From positions 59,451 through 123,450 of IMG/VR virus record IMGVR_UViG_3300042997_000909: 64,000 nucleotides of DNA, one strand, 5' to 3'. The position numbers and the translations under genes were made by a program. The DNA is from a virus. Its lineage: Duplodnaviria > Caudoviricetes. Shown piece by piece: positions 8,785-16,240 of this stretch (within the stretch, counting starts at the first letter, position 1; the number at the start of each line of letters is the position of its first letter). The notes under the pieces are model-generated. The model did no database searches. It saw nothing but the letters and a program-made list of their open reading frames with translations, and was not told the DNA's origin.

Positions 8785-8809
8785 CTGGATGTCATGGGGG
8801 GTGTGGTGT
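8785..8809 (-). promoter_or_regulatory. 25-bp repeat copy 3
   Basis: CTGGATGTCATGGGGGGTGTGGTGT in non-coding DNA. Confidence 0.5.
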
Positions 8810-8962
8810 AGCTGGGTGATGGCGGGGGTTGATTCAATAGACAGTACTCATATTCTCTTCCTCAGAGAGATTTCAATACTCAAAAAAATTTTATAGATTT
8901 GTGAGTGCATACCAATTTGCACCATAGAGTTTTCTATAGAAATAATTTACTCTAGAAAGATG

Positions 8963-8996
8963 AAAGGGGGGTAGTTGCTGATGCTACCTCTTTTTT
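8963..8996. terminator. possible bidirectional terminator
   Basis: AAAGGGGGGTAG...CTACCTCTTTTTT hairpin at the stop of the PRTase-like gene. Confidence 0.5.
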
Positions 8997-9489
8997 ATGA
9001 CCAGTGGTTATTAGGTTTCTCCCAATAGAATTCTAGTTCGCGGTCTGACTCTTTGTAGTATCTTCCTACTATGTCTGATTTGTATATGCTATCCATGTTT
9101 TCAAACAATGCTGCTGTGTGATATGTGATGCCTGCAACATCTAAGCATTCTGTGATCCATGTGTAGTTCTTACCAGTAATCACGCCTGCTTCTACGAGAA
9201 TCACGTTATCATAGTGCTGGAATTTGCGAATACCCATTGCGTTTGTCTGATCTAATAGCTGTCTTATATATGATACCTTATCCTCATCTGGGTATGGTAC
9301 GTCCACAAAGGTCATATCTAGCATCTCGCCATCTTTGCTCAAGTGATGAGCCACATGCATTCCAACTGTTGCACTATAATCTGGACTAACCACCACGACT
9401 AATGTCTTACTTGGGTGTGTATCCAGACTTTCTAACTTTCTACAAAGTTCTTTGAGCACTGTCCATTCTAAATCACGTGATACATACAT
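8995..9489 (-). CDS. type I phosphoribosyltransferase-like protein
   Basis: VILVEAGVITGKNY resembles the PRPP loop hhhhDDhhxTGxT; C-terminal EFYWE resembles the FPWE of Gpt-like PRTases. Confidence 0.6.
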   Translation of the reverse strand: MYVSRDLEWTVLKELCRKLESLDTHPSKTLVVVVSPDYSATVGMHVAHHLSKDGEMLDMTFVDVPYPDEDKVSYIRQLLDQTNAMGIRKFQHYDNVILVEAGVITGKNYTWITECLDVAGITYHTAALFENMDSIYKSDIVGRYYKESDRELEFYWEKPNNHWS

Positions 9490-9494
9490 AATAA

Positions 9495-9558
9495 AAGTTT
9501 TGACAAATGTAATATAAATTTGTTGAGTTTAAACTTTTGAGTATATTTGTCAAAACTT
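9495..9558. promoter_or_regulatory. divergent Bacteroidota-type promoter pair inside a 14-bp inverted repeat
   Basis: Plus strand: TTTG(9519-22)-19 nt-TATATTTG(9542-49). Minus strand: TACATTTG(9511-9504). IR AAGTTTTGACAAAT/ATTTGTCAAAACTT at the strand switch. Confidence 0.7.
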
Positions 9559-9571
9559 AAATAATATATTT

Positions 9572-9808
9572 ATGACAGAAGAAAAAGAAGAAGTATCACG
9601 CGAAGATGTCTTGGCATGGTACAAAGATCAGATCGAGTTAGCTACAGTACGTGCAGACTTAGCAGAGCAGCAGGCACGCGCAGTACGCTTTGAGTCTGAG
9701 AGATTACAACACGTGGTTATGATTGCAAACATCAAGACTGCAGGTACTAATATCATTGATGGTGAAGATGATAAAGAAGAAGAAAAATCACCAGAAACTA
9801 AATCTTAA
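9572..9808 (+). CDS. small acidic coiled-coil protein
   Basis: First ORF after the promoter; heptad pattern. Confidence 0.75.
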   Translation: MTEEKEEVSREDVLAWYKDQIELATVRADLAEQQARAVRFESERLQHVVMIANIKTAGTNIIDGEDDKEEEKSPETKS

Positions 9809-9819
9809 AAGTTTAAATT

Positions 9820-10095
9820 ATGAAGTTAATAGGAAGACGTGTTTTAATTAACATACCAAAAAGACCAGAGTCAGTAATTGAGTTGACTCCAGAAACAGAA
9901 CGTGAACTTGAAATGAAAATGATTGACAAGTGGATAGCACTTGAAGTCTTTGCAACAGGGGCTGATGTAGATTCAGTGAGTGTGGGGGATAAGGTTTATG
10001 TACCTTCTTCTGCTTTACAGAACGCAGAACGTATACCAGTGGATGGTGATACAAAAATGATGATTGGAGAATTTGATATTGCCATTGTATGGTAA
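9820..10095 (+). CDS. GroES/Cpn10-like co-chaperonin
   Basis: 91 aa; KLIGRRVLI, EVFATGADV..VSVGDKVY, GEFDIAIV match the GroES layout. Confidence 0.75.
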   Translation: MKLIGRRVLINIPKRPESVIELTPETERELEMKMIDKWIALEVFATGADVDSVSVGDKVYVPSSALQNAERIPVDGDTKMMIGEFDIAIVW

Positions 10096-10123
10096 GGTTG
10101 ACAATTTTTAAAAACCAAATAAT

Positions 10124-10441
10124 ATGAGTACAGAAAAAGAAAAACCAGAATTAACAGAACCAACAATTGTCAATGAGGAGTTAATTGACATGAATAACAT
10201 TTCCACTGAGAGTCGTGGAGAGCAGTTGGTAGGTATTGCATTTAACCCATCTAGAGATAGTGAGGTTGATACAGTCAAACGCGCATGTGCATACTTGATT
10301 GATGTTATTGAAAAGCATCGTGAAGACAGCAGTGTTAATGGAACTCTTACAGCAAACAGAGAGTTCTTAATGAATCATGCTCTTGGTGAAATCATCAATG
10401 CCCAAATGAATGTTGTCAAAGTTATTACATTCCAAAAGTAA
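10124..10441 (+). CDS. helical-hairpin protein, possibly Acb2/Tad1-like nucleotide sponge
   Basis: GEQLVGIAFNPS..VDTVKRACAYLID...ALGEIINAQMNVVKVIT resembles the FNPS/xIK/AxMWAVK hairpin family. Confidence 0.45.
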   Translation: MSTEKEKPELTEPTIVNEELIDMNNISTESRGEQLVGIAFNPSRDSEVDTVKRACAYLIDVIEKHREDSSVNGTLTANREFLMNHALGEIINAQMNVVKVITFQK

Positions 10442-10445
10442 GACT

Positions 10446-10796
10446 ATGGATAAAAACTTTGAGTGTGTAGCAAAACCTAGTAATCCTTTATTAGTGAATA
10501 TGCAGCAAACGTTTGACAATTGTTACACTGTTGCTAAAGCTAAAAACAATGATTATGGTGGCACTAACAAAGACCCATTTGCCAATTTCAGAAATAGCAC
10601 CATTGCAGGTGTGACTGTTGAGAAAGGTATTTTGGTGAGATTGATGGACAAGATGTCCAGAATATCTACCCTACTTGACAAAGAAGCTATGGTAAAAGAT
10701 GAATCTATTATTGACACAATACAAGATGCTATCAACTACCTGGCTATCATGAAAGCATTTATTGAACTAAAAGAAAAAAGAGATGAGCGTTGCTAA
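10446..10796 (+). CDS. DUF1599 / nucleotide-modification-associated domain protein
   Basis: KNNDYG, DPFANF, GILVRLMDKMSRI, ESIIDTIQDAINY; likely ATG at 10446. Confidence 0.75.
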   Translation: MDKNFECVAKPSNPLLVNMQQTFDNCYTVAKAKNNDYGGTNKDPFANFRNSTIAGVTVEKGILVRLMDKMSRISTLLDKEAMVKDESIIDTIQDAINYLAIMKAFIELKEKRDERC

Positions 10797-11025
10797 ATAT
10801 ACCAAAAAACCTGTGACCATTGAAGCATTACAATGGACAGGTGACAATAGAAAAGAGTTATTTGATTTCTGTGATCAATCTTACATGAACGGAGATGAGT
10901 TAAGAATTCAAACGCTTGAAGGCTCAATGATTGCATCTATTGGTGATTACATCATCAAGGGTGTAAAAGGTGAGTTCTATCCTTGCAAGCCAGACATCTT
11001 TGATCTTACGTATACTAAACTTTAA
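10783..11025 (+). CDS. conserved small phage protein (TLEG...GDYIIKGVKGEFYPCKPDIF family)
   Basis: Characteristic KKPVTIEA, QTLEGSM, GDYIIKG, YPCKPDIF motifs; function not established. Confidence 0.75.
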   Translation: MSVAKYTKKPVTIEALQWTGDNRKELFDFCDQSYMNGDELRIQTLEGSMIASIGDYIIKGVKGEFYPCKPDIFDLTYTKL

Positions 11026-11030
11026 AAAAA

Positions 11031-11417
11031 ATGGAAGAAAAATCACTACACAACACCACAGCCAACGGTGCTAAAAAGAATGTTAGAGACATTCAATTTT
11101 GGGGAGATGGCGATACATTCAGACTTATCAGCAAAGCATCAAGCCAGGCTGAAGGTTGGATGAAATCAACCAAAGCAATGCCTGCAGGTAAGTCTGTAGT
11201 GGTACAGGTTACTACTCAGCAAAGAAACCCTGATGGAAGTTATTCCATTGCAGAAGCGTTGACAACAGTTCCTAATGCAATTATTGCTGAATTTTTAGAC
11301 AATGATGATGTAGTAAAATACAGAGCAATCATTGAACGCGATATCAGACATTCTGGTTTAGTAACTGTTATTGAAAAAAATGTTGAAGTAGAACTTGCTG
11401 AAGATGGAAGTAACTAA
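11031..11417 (+). CDS. conserved phage protein (KASS..EGWMKSTKAM family)
   Basis: Motifs EGWMKSTKAM and VQVTTQQ..DGSY..AEA. Confidence 0.7.
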   Translation: MEEKSLHNTTANGAKKNVRDIQFWGDGDTFRLISKASSQAEGWMKSTKAMPAGKSVVVQVTTQQRNPDGSYSIAEALTTVPNAIIAEFLDNDDVVKYRAIIERDIRHSGLVTVIEKNVEVELAEDGSN

Positions 11418-11799
11418 AGTTGAAAAAAAGTACAGATTGACTCATTATGACCTGGTTAAGTATCAGGTCATAACTGAGTTTGTGTTCTTTAAGAAAGAGA
11501 ATCTTATTGACACTGATTTAGAACTGCTTACGCTTTTGGCCATTGAGGGGCCAGTAGATTTGACAAAGTTTTGTAACTTAACTGTCAAAAATACGTATCC
11601 TGATGTTAGTCCAGAGGAGTTTGGTGTAAAGTCTCAGAATGTGCGAAACAAACTAACAAAACTAGAAAAGCGTGGTCTGATAAAAAAGTCAGATACCTTC
11701 AAGAAAACTATAGAGATAGCAATGTCTGTACCTGTATTAAGTTCTGGTAACGTGATGTTAGATTATAAATTTTTAGCTCTTGAGACCAATAAAGCGTAA
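11405..11799 (+). CDS. putative winged-helix DNA-binding protein
   Basis: DLELLTLL...SQNVRNKLTKLEKRGLIKK is MarR/wHTH-like; likely ATG near 11405. Confidence 0.55.
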
Positions 11800-12169
11800 A
11801 GAGATTTCTGAGAAAGTTGCAGAAAGATTAAATTTGTCTTCAGAAACAGTTGACGAAATAGTATCTTGTTATTACAACATGATTCAGAGAAAACTTAGTC
11901 AGTTAGAGTTTCCAAGTATTACAGTAGATAACTTAGGTACGTTTTTCGTCAAGCGTCCAAAGTTAGAAGAAAAATTAATGATATACAGGAAGTCTCTAGA
12001 AAAGTATGAAAGTATAAAGCAACCAGACATGGCTCAATTCAAGTCAATCATGGAACTTAAAGCTGACATACAGAAATTTGAAAACATTCTTGCAGAACTT
12101 GACAAGTTAGATGTTAAGAAGCAAGAGAAACAACAAGAAAAAATAACCTATAAAAATAACAAATCATGA
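11780..12169 (+). CDS. HU/IHF-like DNA-binding protein
   Basis: KEISEKVAERLNLS..VDEIV...ITVDNLGTFFVK. Confidence 0.7.
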   Translation: MRPIKRKEISEKVAERLNLSSETVDEIVSCYYNMIQRKLSQLEFPSITVDNLGTFFVKRPKLEEKLMIYRKSLEKYESIKQPDMAQFKSIMELKADIQKFENILAELDKLDVKKQEKQQEKITYKNNKS

Positions 12170-12471
12170 ACTTAATAAAAATCTGGAAAGAGAAAGGAAA
12201 GATTTTAGAGGGTGTAAAGAACAGTATGTTCAAGCAGGAGCATATTGAAGAAATTGCAGCATCTAGAATGGCAATCTGCGAGGATTGCTTTTTTATTGAT
12301 AAAGAGGGTTCTAAGTGCTACATGAAAGGAACTCAACCTTGCTGTGGAGAATGTGGCTGTAAGCTTTCATTTAAGACACGTTCTTTGTCATCGTCATGTC
12401 CTAAGAACAAATGGGAATCAATCACGTCTGAAGAGGAGGAAGACGCCATTATTAACAGTATAAAAGACTAA
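12166..12471 (+). CDS. Cys-rich putative zinc-binding protein
   Basis: RMAICEDC...CCGECGC...K...CPKNKW. Confidence 0.7.
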   Translation: MNLIKIWKEKGKILEGVKNSMFKQEHIEEIAASRMAICEDCFFIDKEGSKCYMKGTQPCCGECGCKLSFKTRSLSSSCPKNKWESITSEEEEDAIINSIKD

Positions 12472-12473
12472 GC

Positions 12474-13319
12474 ATGTTATCATTTGAACCAGAACATCAC
12501 AAGTACGTATCACTTGATCCAAACGACCAAACAGATTGGATTAGTGTGACAACCTTAATATCATATTTTAAACAACCATTTGATGCTAAGGCTATATCTA
12601 AGAAGAGTTCCAAATCAAGTAAGAAGTGGAAAGGATTAACACCTGACACAATCCAAGAAATTTGGAAAGCTGAGGCAAAACGTGCAACTGACTTAGGAAC
12701 CTGGTATCATGATCAACGTGAACAAGACATAGTATCATGTGATACTATTAATCGCCATGATGCTACACTTGCAGTAATTAAACCAATTGTTAATGAAAAA
12801 GGATATAAAGTAGCGTCATCACAAAAAATACTTTCTGGCATATATCCAGAACATCTTGTATTCTTGCGTTCTATAGGCGTGTGTGGACAATCAGATTTGG
12901 TAGAGATTGCACATGGCCTGATACACATTACAGATTACAAAACAAACAAAGAAATTAAGACATCATCTTACGTGAACTGGGAAGGACTTTCTCAGAAAAT
13001 GAATCACCCAGTTTCACATTTAGATGACTGCAATTATTATCATTACGCGCTACAACTTTCAGCGTACATGTACATGATTCAGAAACATAACCCTACACTG
13101 CAACCTGGAAGTCTTGTCTTACATCACATTATATTTGAAGTAGAAGGTGAAGATGATTATGGTTATCCAATTGTCAGTCGTACTGAACAGGGAGATCCAA
13201 TTGTAAAAGATGTTGTTCAATATAATTTACCATACTTGAAAGAAGAGGTAATGGCAATTTTTCAGTATCTTAAAGACAACAAAACTGAGATAATTAACTT
13301 CTCAAAAAACAAAAAATAA
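12474..13319 (+). CDS. PD-(D/E)XK (RecB/Cas4-like) nuclease
   Basis: SVTT, GTWYH, CGQSDL, ITDYKT, YALQLSAY motifs. Confidence 0.85.
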   Translation: MLSFEPEHHKYVSLDPNDQTDWISVTTLISYFKQPFDAKAISKKSSKSSKKWKGLTPDTIQEIWKAEAKRATDLGTWYHDQREQDIVSCDTINRHDATLAVIKPIVNEKGYKVASSQKILSGIYPEHLVFLRSIGVCGQSDLVEIAHGLIHITDYKTNKEIKTSSYVNWEGLSQKMNHPVSHLDDCNYYHYALQLSAYMYMIQKHNPTLQPGSLVLHHIIFEVEGEDDYGYPIVSRTEQGDPIVKDVVQYNLPYLKEEVMAIFQYLKDNKTEIINFSKNKK

Positions 13320-13834
13320 TGGTAAAGTTATTTGACATACAAAATGGTGTAATAGTACCAACAGAACACTGTTACGCCTTGAAAGCATTAAAAGACATTA
13401 TGGATAACTATCCTAATGACTTTTTAAAGATATACCAATATATCTTTTATATGTCTTGCCCTAATCCAGATATTAACCCTTTCTTTGATGTACGCGAACA
13501 TGAAAAAGAAGAACTTATACTTGCACAACTTCAAGCAGAATTTTCTACTGAAGATGAAGATATTTTTATTGCTTTGGAATTCTGTAAAAAGATGTATGAA
13601 ACACCTTCGTACAGGGCTTACATGGGTATTAAATCTATGTTGGATCGCCTTGCTACATATATGGAACATACCCCAATACACCATGGTCGTGATGGTAATA
13701 TCACACCGCTGGTCAACGCTGCAGCAAAGTTTGAGCAAATACGTGGCTCATATAAAGGCGCGTACAAAGACCTTATGGAAGAACAAAAAAGCCATGTTAG
13801 GGGAGGTCAAAATCTTGCGTATGACCAATTCTAA
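13319..13834 (+). CDS. conserved crAss-like protein upstream of TerL (possible small terminase)
   Basis: Position and helical 171-aa size; TerS role is inferred. Confidence 0.55.
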   Translation: MVKLFDIQNGVIVPTEHCYALKALKDIMDNYPNDFLKIYQYIFYMSCPNPDINPFFDVREHEKEELILAQLQAEFSTEDEDIFIALEFCKKMYETPSYRAYMGIKSMLDRLATYMEHTPIHHGRDGNITPLVNAAAKFEQIRGSYKGAYKDLMEEQKSHVRGGQNLAYDQF

Positions 13835-14033
13835 AGATACACAACAGTTTATGTTCTTTGTTAAAGTAGAGCATATTACAGATGGACCTTTGATACAAAG
13901 AGATTTACCATGTGTACCATCAAAAGGTGATTGGATAGAACTTGGTAAAGAAAACTTTGTAGTAAAAAATGTTTCTTGGAACTTTTCTGATAGAAGAACA
14001 GTAACTTTATTAGTTGATACACCAAAATTTTAA
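13821..14033 (+). CDS. 70-aa hypothetical protein
   Basis: 3' part of ORF-track 13485..14033 from the ATG at 13821; fills the gap; LPCVPSKGDWI motif. Confidence 0.55.
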   Translation: MTNSKDTQQFMFFVKVEHITDGPLIQRDLPCVPSKGDWIELGKENFVVKNVSWNFSDRRTVTLLVDTPKF

Positions 14034-14034
14034 G

Positions 14035-16239
14035 ATGTACAGAGAAATACCAACATACAATTACGAGACTGACGAATGGAGTTATACTGTGTTTGACACA
14101 CGAGAAGAGTTAGCAGATTTTGTAGAAAGCATATTTAAAGAACCAGGTCAATATGAGTTTGATGAGTGTTCAGAAAAGTTTAATGCTGAAGGTAGAAAGT
14201 TTAATAAAAACAGGGTATACTGCCTTGCACCTGAGCGTTCAAAAGATTTTGTAAACTACTGGAATACAGAAAAAGACAAATGCAGAAATGGTGTAATCTA
14301 CAAGAACAATGGTAAGAGTTGGTATTTGCCACGCGATTACTACATGTGGTTAAATTTTTTACCTATCTATAATAAGGAAGTAAACAGATTTACATTTGCT
14401 GATGTGCGTGATGCTCAGTATCATATGGCACTTTATGAAGAGTTGGCTCAATTAAAAAATAAACATGCAGCTATTCTTAAGAAACGTCAGATTGCATCTT
14501 CATATTATCACTCAGGAAAGATTGCAAACTTATTTTATTTTGAGGAAGGTTCTGTTGCAAAGATGGCAGGATCACTTAAAGACTATATAAATGAAAAAGG
14601 TACATGGCGTTTTCTTGAAGAGTATCGTAACTTCTTAAATAAACACACAGCATGGTATCGTCCATGTAATCCAGACAAGGTTCTTAACTGGGAGCAGAAG
14701 ACTGAAGTAACCCAAGGTGGTAGAAAAGTGGACATTGGTCTCAAGTCTGTTATCATGGGTGTGGTTCTTGAGAAAGATCCAACCAATGGTGTAGGGGGTC
14801 CTTGTACTTTATTCTTCCACGAGGAGGCAGGAATTGCTCCTAAGATGAACATTACACTTGAGTACTTATTACCTGCCATGAAATCAGGTATGGTTTATAC
14901 AGGTATGTTTGTTGTTGCTGGTTCTGTGGGTGACTTGGATCAGTGTGAACCTCTAAAAGAGTTAATACTTAATCCAGATTCCAAGGACGTTTTAGCAGTG
15001 CAAACAGATTTATTAGATGACAAAGGCACTAAAGGTCTTTGTGGTTTATTCATTCCAGAACAATGGTCAATGCTTCCATGTATAGATCAGTATGGGAACT
15101 CTGAAGTGGAAAAAGCATTAGAGATGATTCTTATTGAGCGTGAAGACTGGAAGAAAAAACTTAAACCAGAGGATTATAGACTACGTATTTCTCAGAAACC
15201 TATTAACATAAAAGAGGCTTTTGATTATAGAAAAGAAGCTAGATTTCCAGAGCACTTGGTATCACAACAAATTAGACGTATAGAAGAAAAGGAGTATCCT
15301 ACTGAGTATGTGGATTTGGTGTGGGAAGATGACAAAATAGTTCAAAAGTCTACACGCAAGATACCTATCATGGAGTTCCCAATATCTCCAAAGACAGAAA
15401 GCAAAGAAGGTGTCATCATTATTTATGAGAAACCAATTGAGAATCCAAAGTTTGGAACATATTACGCATCCATTGACCCTGTTTCTGAAGGTAAAACCAC
15501 TACATCTGAGTCATTATGTTCTATATTTGTGTACAAAACAATACAGGAAGTCAAAGTGAATAAGAAAGATGGTACAGTTGAAACACGCGTAGAGGGCGAC
15601 AAGATTGTTGCAGCTTGGTGTGGACGCTTTGATGACTTAAAGAAAACACATGAACGTCTTGAAATACTTATTGAATACTACAACGCATGGACAATTGTAG
15701 AGAACAATGTTCACTTGTTTATTCAGTACATGATTTCTAGACGTAAACAAAAATATCTTGTACCTAAAAACCAAATTATGTTCCTCAAAGAACTTGGTAG
15801 TAATAACAACGTCTTTCAGGAGTATGGTTGGAAAAATACAGGTACATTGTTTAAAGCAAACCTGGTGTCTTATGCTATTCAGTTTCTTGAAGAAGAGATT
15901 GATGTAGAGACAAAACCAGATGGAACCATAACCAAAGTGACATATGGTGTAGAAAGAATTCCTGATATCATGCTTTTGAAAGAAATGCAAGCATACAGAG
16001 ATGGACTTAACGTTGACCGCTTGGTTGCGTTTTGTGCGTTGGTTGCATTTGCTAAAGTGCAAGAATCAAATAGAGGATTCTCAAAACGCACTGAGCATGA
16101 AAACACTGAACATTTGGAAAATAAAAATAAAAATAGTAACTTATTTATGAGTCCATTTCGTCATATTGGTAATACTGCATCTAATGCAGAATCAACAGCA
16201 ATGAAGAAACCTAGGAATCCATTTAAAAACATGAGGTAA
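14035..16239 (+). CDS. terL: terminase large subunit
   Basis: Walker A-like LKKRQIASSY, Walker B FFHEEAG, RNase H-like YASIDPV and DRLVA; immediately upstream of the portal. Confidence 0.9.
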   Translation: MYREIPTYNYETDEWSYTVFDTREELADFVESIFKEPGQYEFDECSEKFNAEGRKFNKNRVYCLAPERSKDFVNYWNTEKDKCRNGVIYKNNGKSWYLPRDYYMWLNFLPIYNKEVNRFTFADVRDAQYHMALYEELAQLKNKHAAILKKRQIASSYYHSGKIANLFYFEEGSVAKMAGSLKDYINEKGTWRFLEEYRNFLNKHTAWYRPCNPDKVLNWEQKTEVTQGGRKVDIGLKSVIMGVVLEKDPTNGVGGPCTLFFHEEAGIAPKMNITLEYLLPAMKSGMVYTGMFVVAGSVGDLDQCEPLKELILNPDSKDVLAVQTDLLDDKGTKGLCGLFIPEQWSMLPCIDQYGNSEVEKALEMILIEREDWKKKLKPEDYRLRISQKPINIKEAFDYRKEARFPEHLVSQQIRRIEEKEYPTEYVDLVWEDDKIVQKSTRKIPIMEFPISPKTESKEGVIIIYEKPIENPKFGTYYASIDPVSEGKTTTSESLCSIFVYKTIQEVKVNKKDGTVETRVEGDKIVAAWCGRFDDLKKTHERLEILIEYYNAWTIVENNVHLFIQYMISRRKQKYLVPKNQIMFLKELGSNNNVFQEYGWKNTGTLFKANLVSYAIQFLEEEIDVETKPDGTITKVTYGVERIPDIMLLKEMQAYRDGLNVDRLVAFCALVAFAKVQESNRGFSKRTEHENTEHLENKNKNSNLFMSPFRHIGNTASNAESTAMKKPRNPFKNMR

Positions 16240-16240
16240 T

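Noticed and set aside
7143-8809. CRISPR array from the 25-bp repeats
   Set aside because: Spacing is irregular (about 1.4 kb and 250 bp) with genes between copies; the nuclease at 12474 is a stand-alone phage PD-(D/E)XK protein
13485-13820. 5' part of the 182-aa ORF
   Set aside because: It overlaps the 13319 gene out of frame; only the part from the ATG at 13821 is plausible
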